This document shows positions 12,756 to 26,255 of a stretch of DNA of 64,000 bases, piece after piece; position 1 is the first letter of the stretch, and every line of letters begins with the position of its first letter. Source of the stretch: Hydrolagus colliei. Its lineage: Eukaryota. Under the pieces are notes generated by a model. It had not been told where the DNA came from and did not search any database. It saw only the letters and a list, made by a program, of their open reading frames with translations. Location: assembly GCA_035084275.1 (NCBI GenBank), contig CM068745.1:70184001-70248000 (forward strand), read 5' to 3'. Made by a program: the position numbers and the translations under genes.

Positions 12756-14492
12756 ATGCTTGTATTGTCAATACTGTGGAACCTCACACATAAATAATGA
12801 CACATTGAATAAACTGCCAGACTGCAACCTGGCTTTCTCTTCCACAAGGAAATGGTAGTTATAAATGCCTTTGAGAAAGGAGAACATGGTACAAATTGAA
12901 GGAGAAAATAAGGGAAAGAAAAATAGCATATATTTGTCACCTACATAAAACTTCATAGTAGGTTTTAGAGACCCATAATAACAGATATTTTGCCTTGGCT
13001 TCTTTGACTAAATGTAACTTTTTTTTTAGATGTAACAAGAAATATAGGAGTTTAACAAACAAATCATTAAACCATGGAGTCTAAAGTAAGCAGTAAGACC
13101 TCAGGTCCATTAACTAAACATAAAAGAAAACAAGCTACTGTACATAGAATTTTAACAAACAGCAGTTATCCTGTGATAATTCATAATATCAGGAAGGGTT
13201 TGTTGCTATGGACACAATTGCACATGGTTTGCAGGCAGCCATGTTATCATGTTAAATGCCTCAAGGAGCTTCACATAATATGATTTTTTAAGTGTAATGA
13301 CTGTTCATATGGCAAACACTGAAGCTAAAATACTCCAGGAGTGACCTATAAACAACATTGAGACAAATGAGCAATTAGTCGGTGTTCTTTTAAGTTTAAG
13401 ATCGTTATCTTGCTCTTGCAGGCAACAATTTTGCTTTTTTTTTGCTATCTTCTCTTTTGCAGCCATATTGGTGGTAGCTTCCTGCAGTCTGCTGCATTGC
13501 TGGAATGATTGTATTTTGGGGAAGTTTTGCTGGCACGTTAAGATGCTTCGCTGTGCAAGTGTGTGATTTCAGGAGACTGTAATTACATCTTTTTTCATCT
13601 TTCCTTTTAATAAATTCTTTGATTAAAATGTCAAGTTTGCCTCCCTGAAATGTGGTTTCCTCCTTGAGGGAGTTTACTCTGCCATCTATCCCAGTGTGAC
13701 ACCAGTGAAAATAGCCAAGGTCAAGTGACTCATTCATTTGCGTGGTTTCAGGTCTCATTTCATTGGATGACTTATTTTGTTACCAGCAGTATCTTTCTAT
13801 GACTGAAAAAGCAACATTTTGTATACGCCCTTGGCAAGTCATGGGTGATATTCCTGTTTAATTAACATCTAAATATTGTATTTCTGGTCCGCCAATTAAT
13901 GGAAACCCTGGCCTACTTTCTTTATATATCAGCACCTTTATTATAGGTAAACTATGGGGTAAAGAGAAGAGTACAGTATACCCATTTCCTTTGAGTATTG
14001 ATGCTTTTGTCTGTCTTGTGGGATTGGGTCTTGTGGCAGAATCTTTTTTTTGTTTTATTACAGCCTAAAAAGCTGTTATTTGTTATCTGTATGGCAGTTT
14101 GCTCAAGGTGTACACACAGTGTTTATGTGTGTTTCATTTCTAGACTTCCTCCTGACATGAAAGGCGCTATACAAATGTAATATTGTTGTTGTTATGGGGT
14201 GTTAAATGGTTTGTGAGTAGCATCACTGAAATGTACATTCCATAATGGATCCTTTGGCTATAAGCACAGCTTGCAACAGGTACAGCTAGTGCTGGATAAA
14301 GTGACACAAATACACTTTATAACAAATTATAAATATAACAATTTACATTTAAATTATCAATGCAAATCTGCGAAATAATCTTTAATGTCTTACTCCTAGA
14401 TCCATGCTTTTAAATCTAGTGGACGCTGATAGATTAATGCTTTTTCAGTGCAATTCCACTGCATGCTTTCATTAAATTTGCAATCCATGTAT

Positions 14493-14935
14493 GGCTCCTC
14501 CGATGGTCCATTAGCTAAAGGCGCTGCATCCCATAATGTATCTCTAAGCGTTATAGACCAAAAGGTTTGAATCCTGGTCTAATTAGTTAAGTAACTGATC
14601 TGAGTGGAGCAGCAATTACCTGCTACAATTGGCCTCGGTGGCGCAGTCTTAGGAAGTAAAGAAACCCTCCTATCATTGTTGCTTGTGATCAATACCTAGA
14701 GACATCCCACCTTTCCACTGGATGAGGCACATGTGTGTGCAATATAGTCACCCTGCTGTTGAATACATGTTTGTGGAGGGCAAGGTTACATTTAGTTTGA
14801 TAAAGCTGAATAACCTGCCAACTACCATTGTCAGACCTCACATGTGAATAATGGTCACTTGGACCAGGTATTGAATGAAAATGGTGTGAAAACCCTTTAG
14901 GAGACACGAGGTGAGAAAATTAGAGGAAGAATAAT
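14493..14935 (+). mobile_element. Old SINE-like repeat, family C (near full length)
   Basis: Degenerate tRNA-like head (gatggtccattagctaaagg...ggtttgaatcc); internal motif shared with the 12596 and 58706 copies. Confidence 0.55.
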
Positions 14936-15204
14936 TAGTGAGAAACAGACCTACCATCAAGTAGTTCAACAAAAGGAATTCCTTTTCTTCGAGCTACTTC
15001 TCAAAACACTTCAAAATTGCAACCTTTTGTTACTGTAAGCAGTGATGGACTGGCTGCCTGAGAGGGCTTGGCCTTGTCATGTAAAATGGCCGAAAAACAT
15101 AAAACATCTGCGTGTTTAACAACTTTTCCAGGCTTAAATGGAACTTCAGAACTAGGCCACATGGTGGTGTCGCAGCTAGCGGCAGTGTTGGGAAGGTTCA
15201 TAAA

Positions 15205-15532
15205 AATAATAATATTCCTTGCATTTGATGTTGGGCATTATCACATTGTTGATGTATCTCAAAGCGCTTCATAAAATATGTTGTAAAGTGGATTGACTGT
15301 GTATTTTGTGAGCAAAATTGAGCACAGCAGTGTCCCACAAACAGTCGTGGGTTGAGTGATTTTGGGGAGGGATGATTAACCCTGGAAAGTGATCTGGCAA
15401 TCAACTAACAAAGGTTTTCCTACTTATTGCTAGGTAAACAGAGGTTTGTGGAGTAATCTAAGATTTTGTCCTGCCGGGAAATCAAATCTGGGTCCTCTTG
15501 CTTGTGAGATGTGTGTGTTAACCACTATTCTA
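15205..15532 (-). mobile_element. SINE family A, long form, degraded
   Basis: Reverse complement contains the head, CCTCTGTTTACCTAGCA and the shared tail. Confidence 0.75.
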
Positions 15533-17530
15533 GGGCCTGAGCAGCCACTGAATGTGTCCTGCCCGGAGCACTGCATAACTTGAATATGACTTTGGAGTAT
15601 GAACTCAATTGAAAGTGTCTCAGAATTGGATAACCAAGAAGATTGGAGTGGATTTCAATAGCAGGCTGTATAGCAGTGGCTTGGTTACCTCAGCACTCTG
15701 ATTTACATCAATGGCAATTCTAATAATGGTAAACCGACAAAAGGACACTTGAGACAAAAGGCTTTTTCAGCAGATTTGAAGCTTGTTGCTGCAGGGAAAG
15801 AATAGTGCTCAAAGAGCTGAATGTCCCCCAGACTCAACACAATACTTAAGTGATTCAACTAGAAAAGTAAATTGTGCCTTTCTCAGAGAGTGGAAGTCAT
15901 TTTGAACATTACTGTATTTTTATTTTTAGTATCTCTTCAATAAGGTCAGCTTCAGCATTATGGAAATGGGACTTGCAACGGCCTCTCAACAGCTGTTTCA
16001 ACTTCATTTCCCATTTTGGAATAATTCCAGTGAAACAAATTGCACGGTGCACAATGAAACAACTCCCATATGCTAACTCTATGTTGAGTTTGTGATGCAT
16101 TCACTGGAAATGGAGAGCTCTTTGGCTCTTGCAAAATCGCTTTGGCACAAATTAGATGCTGCAGAGGGAATGTATGAATTTGCTGGCAGGCTGCAAATGC
16201 AAAAGAGAACAGTGATAAATATGTAAAACATTTATACCACGGTCTACAGAACTATTGTATAATCGACTGGCGATAAATTGTATGCACAAATATGCAATTT
16301 TGGTGGCATTTTGAATAGACAGGCTAAGGGATAAATGTTAATGTGCAATTGCAACAAGAATCAATGTGCAAAGTAAAGGGAGTATCCATCACGATAGATA
16401 CTGAAGTATAAAGTATTTTGAAGGTGGCATATTGCCCATTTAGTGCAAGTCTGAAAGTATTCCAGTCAATATGAAGTTGCAGGCAACAAATTTAATCACA
16501 TCTTAGGATGCTTTCCAAGGTCAAAATGGTCTCAAAGGAAACTGTGGGAACAAAAAATTTTATGAAGCCCAACAGAACTCGCATTTCTAGTGTCTTGTCA
16601 TGTTGAAATGTTTCATATTACATTCCAATAATTGTAGTTAGGTGTAGTGACTTTCTTTGTAGACAAATACACATTGTGAAGTCCCACAACAGCCAATAGC
16701 TGAATCACCTGCTTTTTATCTGAAGAATTGTTGACCAGGACAGGACACAAGGTAAAACTCTCCTCTTGAACAGTGTCATGGCTTTCTTAAAGTCCATCTG
16801 AAGTACAGGCCGATAGATTCTCTGATGACTCATCTAAAGGATGGTGCTTCTGACAATGGTGCATTCTGTCAACACTTGCACGCAAGTGTCAATCTCAAAT
16901 ATGAGCCTAAACACGTAAAATAAATTTTAAAAATGTAAATATAACTTTATTTTAAATCTCTTTAATTCTTATGCTATCAGTCAGTCTTTTTTTTCTTTTC
17001 TGATAATATTCATTTTGCTCTGGTCCAGGTAAACTAAGATATATTTTAATATATTATTTTGTTAAAAATTTTTACTTTAAAAATACTTACTTACCAATCT
17101 ACACCAACAAAGCGATTTAACAGTGAATTAATTAATCTGGAAGATTCTTCATGGGGAGCCTGGGAGAAACTCCCACACTTTTTTAACAGTGTCAAATAAT
17201 TTTTCTTTGTGTTAAAACATCCATCTGAGGACTATCACATTTGCCCTACAGTGCATTTCTCAACGCTGCATTCAACTTTCTATACCAGTGACCAATTTTA
17301 TGTACAGTTTCCAATGGCATCTAACAGTGCCTTTTCAGTAAGTTTGTTAACTAATGCGATTTGTACTCGGATGGTATGACCAGGATCTTGTTTGCTCACC
17401 TTAAACTGCAACTGTGCATTGGACTGTATGTAGTTGATTAATGGCACACATTATTTCCTATTTTGTTTTTTTGATTGGTATCTTGCCCTCATCCTAATTC
17501 TTTGGCATTTGTCAACATTGAACAGCATCT

Positions 17531-17867
17531 ATAATAATAATAATCCTTGCATTTCATATAGCGCTTTTCACATCTTATCAACGTCCCAAAGCGCTTCACA
17601 GAATATACTGTAAAGTGAATTGACTGCATATTAGTGGGCGAATCGCGGCAGCCAATTGCGCACAGCAGTGTCCCACAAACAGTCGTGGATTGAAATGACC
17701 AATTTTATTATTGTGTTTTTTTGGGACGGATTATTATTAGGCGTGTGGAGTAAGGAAACTTGCCTAAGGTTTCGCTCTGATCTGCCTGGATTTGAACACA
17801 GTTCTCCCCAGCTTGGTCTCCCCAGCTTGCAAGACAAGTACTCTAACCACTGAGCCACAGGAGCTCC
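17531..17867 (-). mobile_element. SINE family A, short form, full length
   Basis: Reverse complement of the family-A consensus from GGAGCTCCTG to (TTA)n; small internal duplication CTCCCCAGCTTG. Confidence 0.9.
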
Positions 17868-19072
17868 ATCTGCCACCTATTGGTCCATTTACCCCCCAAA
17901 AAATCTCCAATTCTCAATCTAATTGCATTATTTGATTTCCCTCCAATTATGATACCCTTACCCAAGTGATTTATATACATTATAATTAACAGGGGTCTTA
18001 AGGGTAATCCCAGGAATAGAAAGTATAATAGTTGTCTACATTGGAACAATCGCACCTCAAATCAAAATATCTCAAGGTATTTTGTGTTGATGTTTTTTTT
18101 ATATATAAAGATATTCTCAGGTAGTTTAAGTTAAATTAATTTCATATACTATTAATGAATTGTTAAGTTCATCGTTTAATAGTATTGCTATGATATGAAT
18201 TATGTTCTATTAATGATACCACGTGAAGTTTTTTAATTACATTCCATAACGTTTAATTAAATCCTTTTTTACTTTAATACAGTATTCATTAATTGTATGT
18301 GTCATAAAATATTGATTGTAAATCCTCCACTATAATGGAAACAAAATTACCTCAGTAATAGTGTATAATACATAATTATTAGGTCTCTTTCATACCTAGC
18401 ATGAGTATCTCACTGGCAGCCTCCTTGCCCTGTTGTTTGCCTGGAAAAAGAGAAAGAATGCTTCTAAAATACAGATTTGGTGCTCATTCTAAAAACTCAC
18501 ATGATGTTCTCCAGGTGAAAATGGTTTAAAGCGATGGGGTCCAACCTACAATGCGCCCTAATAGATTTTTTAAATTAGGATTGAGAAATCCAAATTGGCA
18601 CTCTTTTTACCAGCCAGAATTATGTCATGTCAAAGGGGAAGAGTAGCAAATGCAAAATATACTGGCCAAAATACTTTCAATATGAAACAATAAGAGTGTA
18701 ATCAGGGAAACCATTAAAACCCAAAGCGATTCAAAGGAAGGTGGGTGGGGTGGTGGGTGAGGAGTGATAAAGAAAATGAACAAGACAAAGCAACCATACC
18801 ACAGTAAATGACACCTATATCCGGCAAACATTGTTTGAGCTCCTTGACTTTAACATAACTGAGATTTTGGATAGGCTCAAGGGGCTGACAACAAACAAAT
18901 CACCTGGGACCAATAATGTGAAGGATACTGTCACAACAGGTCCTTTGTACAGAGACTGTTGAATAAAGAATTTCAGTCTGATGTTTTCAGTGAGAATGTT
19001 TGTAAAGCACTGCTTAGTGGCGTTACAATCCTGCAATTTAGCAGCTTCACTCAGACTTTACCCTTCATTATA

Positions 19073-19482
19073 ACAACAACAACAAAATTACACTTGTATG
19101 GTGCCTTCCACGTCAGGAGGACGTCCCAAGGTGTTGGACAGTCATTGTTTCAGACCTGAGCTGGGGTCAGGAATGGGGAGGGTGGAGGGAAAGGGGGGGA
19201 TTTGGGATGACCAATGGGACCATCGAAGAGTAGGCCAGGGAGGGGGCGAGGCGAAGATACTGCGGGATAGAGTTCCAGAGGATGGGGGCAGAGTGGCTGA
19301 ATGGTGGGATGGGTGGGTCAGGGGACGTGGAATAGGCCAGAGCCTGCTGAGCAAAGAGGGCGGGCAGGTTGGTAGAGGTTTAGGAGATCGCAGAAGTAGG
19401 GTGGGGTGAGGCCATGGAGGGCTTTGAATGTGAGGACCAGGATCTTGAATTGGATCCGCTGGGTGATGGGGAGTCAGGGGAG
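19073..19482 (-). mobile_element. L2 LINE 3' fragment
   Basis: (CAA)n tail, then aaattacacttgtatggtgccttccacgtcaggaggacgtcccaagg, and gaggaccaggatcttgaattggatcc (the RIQFKILVL motif on the minus strand). Confidence 0.85.
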
Positions 19483-20183
19483 TCGGATTATAAGATTATT
19501 GGCTATTACTTTACAGAAACACTGCCAAGCGTTTGGAGTTGTGTAGACATTACTGGTGTGATAGCAAGTGCAAGTATTGTTATTTACTACCGATGGTCTT
19601 ATTAGTCCCATAGAAAAAGTAGCATTCTAGTCTGCAGAAACTAAACACTGAAACCTATTCACGTTTGACTGAGGTTGAGACGCAGGAGATTTGCACTTGG
19701 CGGGTATACATGGTTGATACAAATATCCTGCTAAATTAAGATGACAATCAAAATTTAGCACATTCTTTCAGCAAATGGAATAATTCCTCTCAAACAAAGT
19801 AACTCGAACAGTCTATTGCATAAATTGTTTAAGATCTCATTCAGTAAAGGTCATCCACACAAACAGAATACTGATGCTATAGAGATGTTATAAGCGAGGC
19901 TCAAGAGAGTTTCCTACGCAATGAATTGAATACCTTCCCCTTTTACATGGAACTCTTTCTATGAGTCTACCTCCTATGATTTGAATTACACTAACTGAAA
20001 AACTGGCACTAGCACTTACAATTTGTCTTTTAATTATTTATAAAGATTCCTAACTGTTATTTTACAAATTTGTCTTTGTGAGGTGTGCATCGCATTGCAA
20101 GGGCACCTTCAGTTCCCCAAGAGATATCTATTTAAAGCTTGAGATTGGCTGCTTCAGCATGGTGAGTCATAGTCCTGTATTGT

Positions 20184-20489
20184 GAAGTCCTGTAGCTCAG
20201 TGGTTAGAGCACTCTACTTGCAAGTGAGAGATTCCAGGCAGGGCAAAATCTTTGGCAAGTTTCCTTACTCCACAAGCCTGATAATAATCCCTCAAGAAAA
20301 AAACCAACAATGCATTGGTCATTTCAATCTATAACTATTTGTGGGACACTGCTGTGGGCAATTGGCTGCCCCGTTTTGCCCAGAAATATACAGTCAATTT
20401 ACTTTACAGTATATTCGGTGAAATGCTTTGAGACATCTGGAAAATGTGAAAAATGCTATATCAAATGCAAGGATTATTATTATTATTAT
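20184..20489 (+). mobile_element. SINE family A, short form
   Basis: Matches the family-A consensus from head to (ATT)n tail. Confidence 0.9.
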
Positions 20490-21862
20490 GATAGTCAGAA
20501 ATCCAATGTATTGCACTTGTTTTTAGTTTGGTCATTGGTGACTGGCATTTTGTCACTGCTCCAAAATAATCCACAATTTTGACTCATACATTGTATCTTC
20601 CATTCAATACATTCAATGTCTTCTGTCGAGGACATGATGTCTTGTCTCAGAACCATGATTCCGCACTTGGTGGTACCTAGCATGATGTCCGACTGGGTGG
20701 CCCATTGTTCAAGATATTGCGTTCAGTGTGTAAATCCCCAGGTAAGTTAAAATACACAATTAACCAAAGTCAATTTGGAAACATTTCCTAAATCCAGATC
20801 CATGACAGTACCATCTGTGATTTTCAATCTAATTTAAATAGATTCCAATTGAGATTTGGCAATAAGCAGTCTTGTCTTTGCCATTTTTCCTTTCACTTGA
20901 CCTTCACCCAACATGCTCTGAAGAACAGTGTTCATCAACTGGTATTCATCCTATTCCTTTCAGTGTCTTTTATTTAATCTGTTATCAATGGAACTTGCTG
21001 TAGAATTTGGGAGCTTTATGAAAATGATTCTGCCTTTTATTCTTGGACCAAAGTTTCATGAAAAATTTGCACTTTTCAATAAAGAACAATTATGTACTGG
21101 GTTCTTCAGACTCTCTTGAACTAAAACAAAATCCATGAATATCACATAGAATTTGCACATGGCACAGTTGAGTTGTCTTAGAATAGGTGAGTTAAATATA
21201 GTTTAGAATGCAATATTCACAAACTAGAAATTTCTGCTAGAAGCGACTTCTGGTTTCTGAATCAAATTACGGGTTTCACTTTGAAATCTGTTTTTAAAAA
21301 TCACAAAAAAGGGGGAAAAATAGTGTTGATCTTGCAGATCTACGAAATCCCTTTTGCAGCTGCTTAACTTTTTGCTTTCTAAACTTTTATTGAACTGTTT
21401 CAGCCTTTTCTCGGCTGAGAAATCACCTGAAAGCAAAAAGCTGACACCAGCTTGATTTCCAGTTTGTACATATGGCTTTTCAACCTCTAAATCACTATTA
21501 TTTTGTAGATCACAAAAGGTGCCTTACGTTTGAAGTATTAGATGCACAAGCTGGTTTCTGTTCTATAATTCTTAAGTGGTTTGTAATGGGGCCAAGATCT
21601 GTCGTGTTGTCCACTAGCAGGAGGTAGCTGCAGTTTCCTGAGGAATTCATTGGAGCGTTCTTGTTCCAAGTTAGAGAATGGCTCTGTGAATATCAGGCAC
21701 AAGATGTCAATACGTAGTTAAATTGAGGCACAGTCATTCTCCAAGGGAAAGAATATACCCTTCCAAGAATTATACATAATCTAAGGTGATATTCTAATGC
21801 AGTGCTGGGCATGTGCTGCATTGTTGCAAGTACCTTCCTTCAATAGCATGTTAAACCAAAAC

Positions 21863-22170
21863 GAAGTCCTGTAGCTCAATGGTTAGAGCACTCATCTCAC
21901 AAGCGAGAGACCTGGGTTTGATTCCCGGCAGGGAAAAATGTGGGGCAAATTTCCTTACTCCACATGTTCCTGTTTACCTAGCACTAAATAGAAACTCAGT
22001 GCTATTGGCAGATAGGTTTTCTGGGGGTAATAATTCCTTCAAAAAATTCGGTCACAACTGATTAGTGGGACATTGCTGTGCGCAATTGGCTGCAGCGTTT
22101 TGCCCACAAAATATATAGTCAATTTACTTTATAGTATATTGTGTGGAACTCTTTGAGATGATTATTATCA
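21863..22170 (+). mobile_element. SINE family A, long form, adjoining a DeuSINE-like fragment (about 21780-21862)
   Basis: Head plus the central cctgtttacctagca segment plus tail. Confidence 0.8.
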
Positions 22171-22496
22171 TTAAAGATCACACGGCACTGTTCAAACAGA
22201 AAAGGGAGATTAATTTCATAGCTGTTTTATGGGACTTTGCTTTGGACAAATTGCCTGTCGCATTCTCTCACAAAATACACAGTAATTTCACTTTGCAGTG
22301 TCCCCAGTGAAACACTTTGAGATGTCCTCCCAGTGTGAAAGGCACAATATCGAATGTAAGGCTTATTACTGTATTATAATTTTTGCATAGCCTCTGCTAT
22401 CCAGTGCCTTCAGGCTTGGCTTCCTGACACCAGAATACTTTCTAAGAATAATCACAAGAGCACTGATCATTGTAGCATGATGTAAGCTTGCCTTGC

Positions 22497-23768
22497 CTTG
22501 TGACCAGGGCTCCCTCTGCCTCCTCGTCCTCCTGACCTATCTGCCGTCCTTGACAACATGGACCATTCAATTCTCCTCCACTGCCTCGCACCCCACCTCA
22601 ACCTTCAAGGTTCTGTCCTTGACTGGTTCAGGTCCTATCTTTCGCAACGTCTCCACTTTATGTTTACCAATGGCTATTCATCCAGCCACCACACCGTCTT
22701 GTGCGGCATTCCTCGGGGTTCTGTCCTCGGTCCCCTCCTCTTTACCCTCTGTACACTCTCCCTCGGTGACATCATCCACAGACATAGAGTAAATTTCCAC
22801 ATGTACACGGATGACACCCAACTCTATCTCTCCGCTTGCACCCTCAACTCCAGAACTACTGGCGACCTGACTGCCTGCCTATCTGACATTGAGTCCTGGA
22901 TAAGGGACAACTTTCTCCAGCTGAACATCAGCAACAGTGAGGCCCTCCTGATTGGCTCGTGTCAGTGCCTCCGCACCTCAGCCGCTGGCAGCATCAGTAT
23001 CCATGGCTGCACAGTCAGTGCAGTCAGTCAGTATCTTGTTTGACCCTGGGTGTCTTGTTTGACCCTAACCTATCCTTTCTCCCCCACATCCGCGCCATGA
23101 CCAGCACTGCCTTCCATCACCTCCCCAACATTGCCAGAATCCGCCACTGCCTCACCCCTCAGGCTGCTGAAACCTTTACCCATGCATTTGTCACATCAAG
23201 GTCTGACTACAGAAACTCCCTCCTCATCAGCCTTCCCAGCTCTTCCCTTCACAAGCTGCAGATCATTCAAAACTCTGCAGCTCATGTCCTCTCTCGCACC
23301 AAGCTGCTCGACTCAAATACTCCCACCCTCGCCTGACTCCATTGGCTCCCCATTCCTCAGAGAATCAAATTCAAGATCCTCATCCTCTCTTTCAATTCCA
23401 TCCACAGCCTTGCCCCTTCGTATCTCTCTGACCTGGTGACTCCCTCCTCTTTGTTCACTGGGCTCCAGTCTGCTCCATGTCTCCCACCCTACCATCGGTG
23501 GCCGGGCTTTCAGCCTCTCTGCCCCCACACTAGAACCCCATTCCACAGTCCTTTTGCCTCGTTTCCTCCCATGCCTCCTTCAAGGCCAGTCTCAAGACCC
23601 TCCTTTTCAATCGTGCCTTCTGCTGCCCTCCGTATTCTCTCACTGCCCCTCCCCCCTATCCTGCCCCTGCCCCATGCTCGGGTCCCAACCCTTGACTGTT
23701 CAGTGCCTTTGGACATCCTCCCAACCTTAAATGAGCTCTATAAATATAATTTTGTTGTTTGTTGTTTT
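22497..23768 (+). mobile_element. L2 LINE, 5'-truncated, longest copy in the window
   Basis: DHSILL...GIPRGSVLGPLLFTL...HMYTDDTQLY...FLQLNISNSE...HAFVTSRSDYRNSLL...LQIIQNSAA; frameshifts; (TTG)n tail. Confidence 0.95.
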
Positions 23769-24618
23769 TGATACTTTTATTGAAGTAAATAATAAGCAAC
23801 AGACCCTTCCTGCACATTGTGAGTGCTTACTGGCACTAGTGTGACAAACACCCATCACATTACCATTCACATATTCAGCCACAATCAATATTACAACTGC
23901 TGACATTGACCGAGCTACTGTTAACTCCCAATCAACAGTGCTCTTCAATGAGATTTCGTATCTGCTGAGCTCCCATCCGTCTCAGTGAAAAAATTTCCCA
24001 ATATCGAACGCATGTCAAGTGGACGCATTGATACCTGGTTTATGCGGAAGATGCATGTTCATATCGGTTTTACAACAAAGTCCAGCATCATTGTATGCCT
24101 CGATCAGAATGGAAAGATAGTCCTGCTTTCATGAGTTCATTAATATTCCTTTGAATTAGCCAATGACGATGCATATTTTCTCAAAGCACAGCTTCGTATG
24201 ATTCTACTGTCTGGAAAGACATCCTTCACGAGGGAATTAATTTGATTAGTCATTGCCAGAGGGCATTATATTTCACAAGCAATGTAGCAATTTAACTTCT
24301 GCATGTGTAATCTATTCAGACAGTAGATTAATAGCTGTACATATTATCCTATGTTGGCCCTTAACAGCCTGGGTTTGGGATTTATGAATATTTGGGTTCG
24401 GAAGATGTAACGGGTCTGTGTCCCCTCAGTGGATGCAGCTGACAATCGTCTAACAGCATAATATGAATAATGTGGATGATGAAAAGCTTCTCTTTCCAAA
24501 AGTGAATGTTGCTGGTTATTGTGCCTGGAGCTAACCACTTGGTTAGGGTGAGGCTGTGCACATACAGAAGCGGTATATTCAACAGGATGCCAATTAGTAC
24601 ATTTAAGGCTTCACTCAT

Positions 24619-24947
24619 GGAATCCTGTAGCTCATTGGTTAGAGTACTCACCTCACAAGAGAGAGGACCTGGGTTCTATTCCCAGCAGGGCGAAACGTTG
24701 GACAAGTTTCCTCATTCCACACGCCTCTGTTTACCTAGCAGCAAGCAGGAACCCGGTCAATTGGCAGATTGCTTTTCGGAGTTAATAATCCCACAATATG
24801 GTCATTCAATTCATGACTGTTTGTGGATACTGCTGTGCAAAATTGGCCACCACATATCGCCCACAAATTATACAGCCAATTTACTTTACAGTGTATTCTG
24901 TGAAGCTCTTTGAGGTGTCTCGATGAAGTGATAAGGCGCTATATCAA
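24619..24947 (+). mobile_element. SINE family A, long form
   Basis: GGAATCCTGTAGCTCATTGGTTAGAG...CACGCCTCTGTTTACCTAGCAGC...tail. Confidence 0.9.
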
Positions 24948-25500
24948 CAAATTACATTTGTATAGCACCTTTCACATCAGGAGGACATCCCAAGATGCTG
25001 GATAGTCAGGGATTTGGACCTGAGCAGTGGTTTTCAGATCTGAGAGCGGAGGACAGTAAGGGTATGGTTAGAAAGATGGCTGAAGGCATGGTCGAAGTGC
25101 AGATTCTTGAGATGTGCCTTGAAGGAGGCAAGGGAGAGAGCAAGGTGAATGGACTGTGGGATGGAGTTCCAAAGTGGGGGGCAGAGAGGCTGAAGGCCTA
25201 ACCACTGCTGGTCGCTGCTTTTTATCCCCTGAGTGGGGAACCTGCTGGAACCTGCTGAGCAGAGGGAGCAGTGAGGTTGATTAGGGGTTATCAGGTTATC
25301 AAGGTAGGAGGGAGCAAGGACGTGGAGGGCCTTGAAGGTGAGGACAAGAATTTGGAAATCTATTTCCTGAGAGATGGGGAGTCGGTGGAGCCGGGTGAGA
25401 GGGTGGGGGTGATAGTGGTGCAGGAGAGGACGCAAGCTGCAGAGTTCTTGATGATCTGCAGCTTGTGAAGGGAAGAGATGGGCAGGCCAACAAGCAGGGA
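24946..25500 (-). mobile_element. L2 LINE 3' fragment, tail-to-tail with the preceding SINE
   Basis: Minus-strand ORF contains LHRLPISQEIDFQILVLTFKALHVLAPSYL...LWNSIP...FKAHLK. Confidence 0.9.
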
Positions 25501-25508
25501 GTCGCATG

Positions 25509-25636
25509 TTTTTTTGAGGGATTATTGTTAGGCGTGTGGAGTAAGAAAACTTGCCCAAGGTATCGCGCTGCCTGGATTCGAACACAGATCTCACTCTTGT
25601 AAGGCAAGTGCTCTAACCCCTGAGCTACAGGACTCC
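25509..25636 (-). mobile_element. SINE family A head (5' part only)
   Basis: Reverse complement reads GGAGTCCTGTAGCTCAGGGGTTAGAGC...GTTCGAATCC... Confidence 0.85.
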
Positions 25637-25889
25637 ACTATTATTATTAATTGAGGATACTTAACAGGGAATGTGACCACCACGTACACCTTTTCAAAGC
25701 CAACGGATCTCTAAGATCACAAATATTTTTTTCTACCATGTGTTTTTAAAATTCTAAACTAAATACAGTACCTGCAATATTCCTGCCTTACATCACAAGT
25801 TAGTGCTGTGCTATGCATGACTTCAACCCCTTCCCCTCTTTTGGGTTGAAGCTCATATTCCATGATGGAAAGAGTGTAGGTTTACTAGT

Positions 25890-26255
25890 GTGATACCAAG
25901 GCTGACATTTTGTTATTATCAGGATAGACTGGATAGACTAGGCCTTTGTTTTGCAAGAGAGGGGACCTAATAAATTTATAAAAGGGTTCAAGCTTTTGCG
26001 GAGTCTTGCTGCAGAGTCCATAATTCGGGGACACAAGTATAAGATAGTGACAAAAGATCTAAAAGAGAATTTAAGAGGAACTACTTCACAGAGTAGAAGC
26101 AGTTGCCTGAAGTGATGGTTGAATCAGACACTATGGATGCATTCAAGAGGAAGCTAAACACTCACATGAGGGAGAGTGATTATGGAGAGGGTAAGGAATG
26201 GTTGATCCGAGTGGACTGGTTCAGCCAAATGGCTTGTTTCCGTGCTCTATATATT
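25890..26255 (+). mobile_element. Degraded CR1 3' fragment
   Basis: cggggacacaagtataag...ttgcctgaagtgatggttgaatcagac...tggcttgtttccgtgctcta (RGHKYK motif plus 3'UTR). Confidence 0.65.

Noticed and set aside
13405-13758. 117-aa ATG-initiated minus-strand ORF
   Set aside because: No recognisable motif or splice context; the length is compatible with chance.
23780-24600. Unique, slightly CpG-retaining stretch that looked like decayed coding sequence
   Set aside because: The frames I translated gave no recognisable domain; a BLASTX search would be needed.
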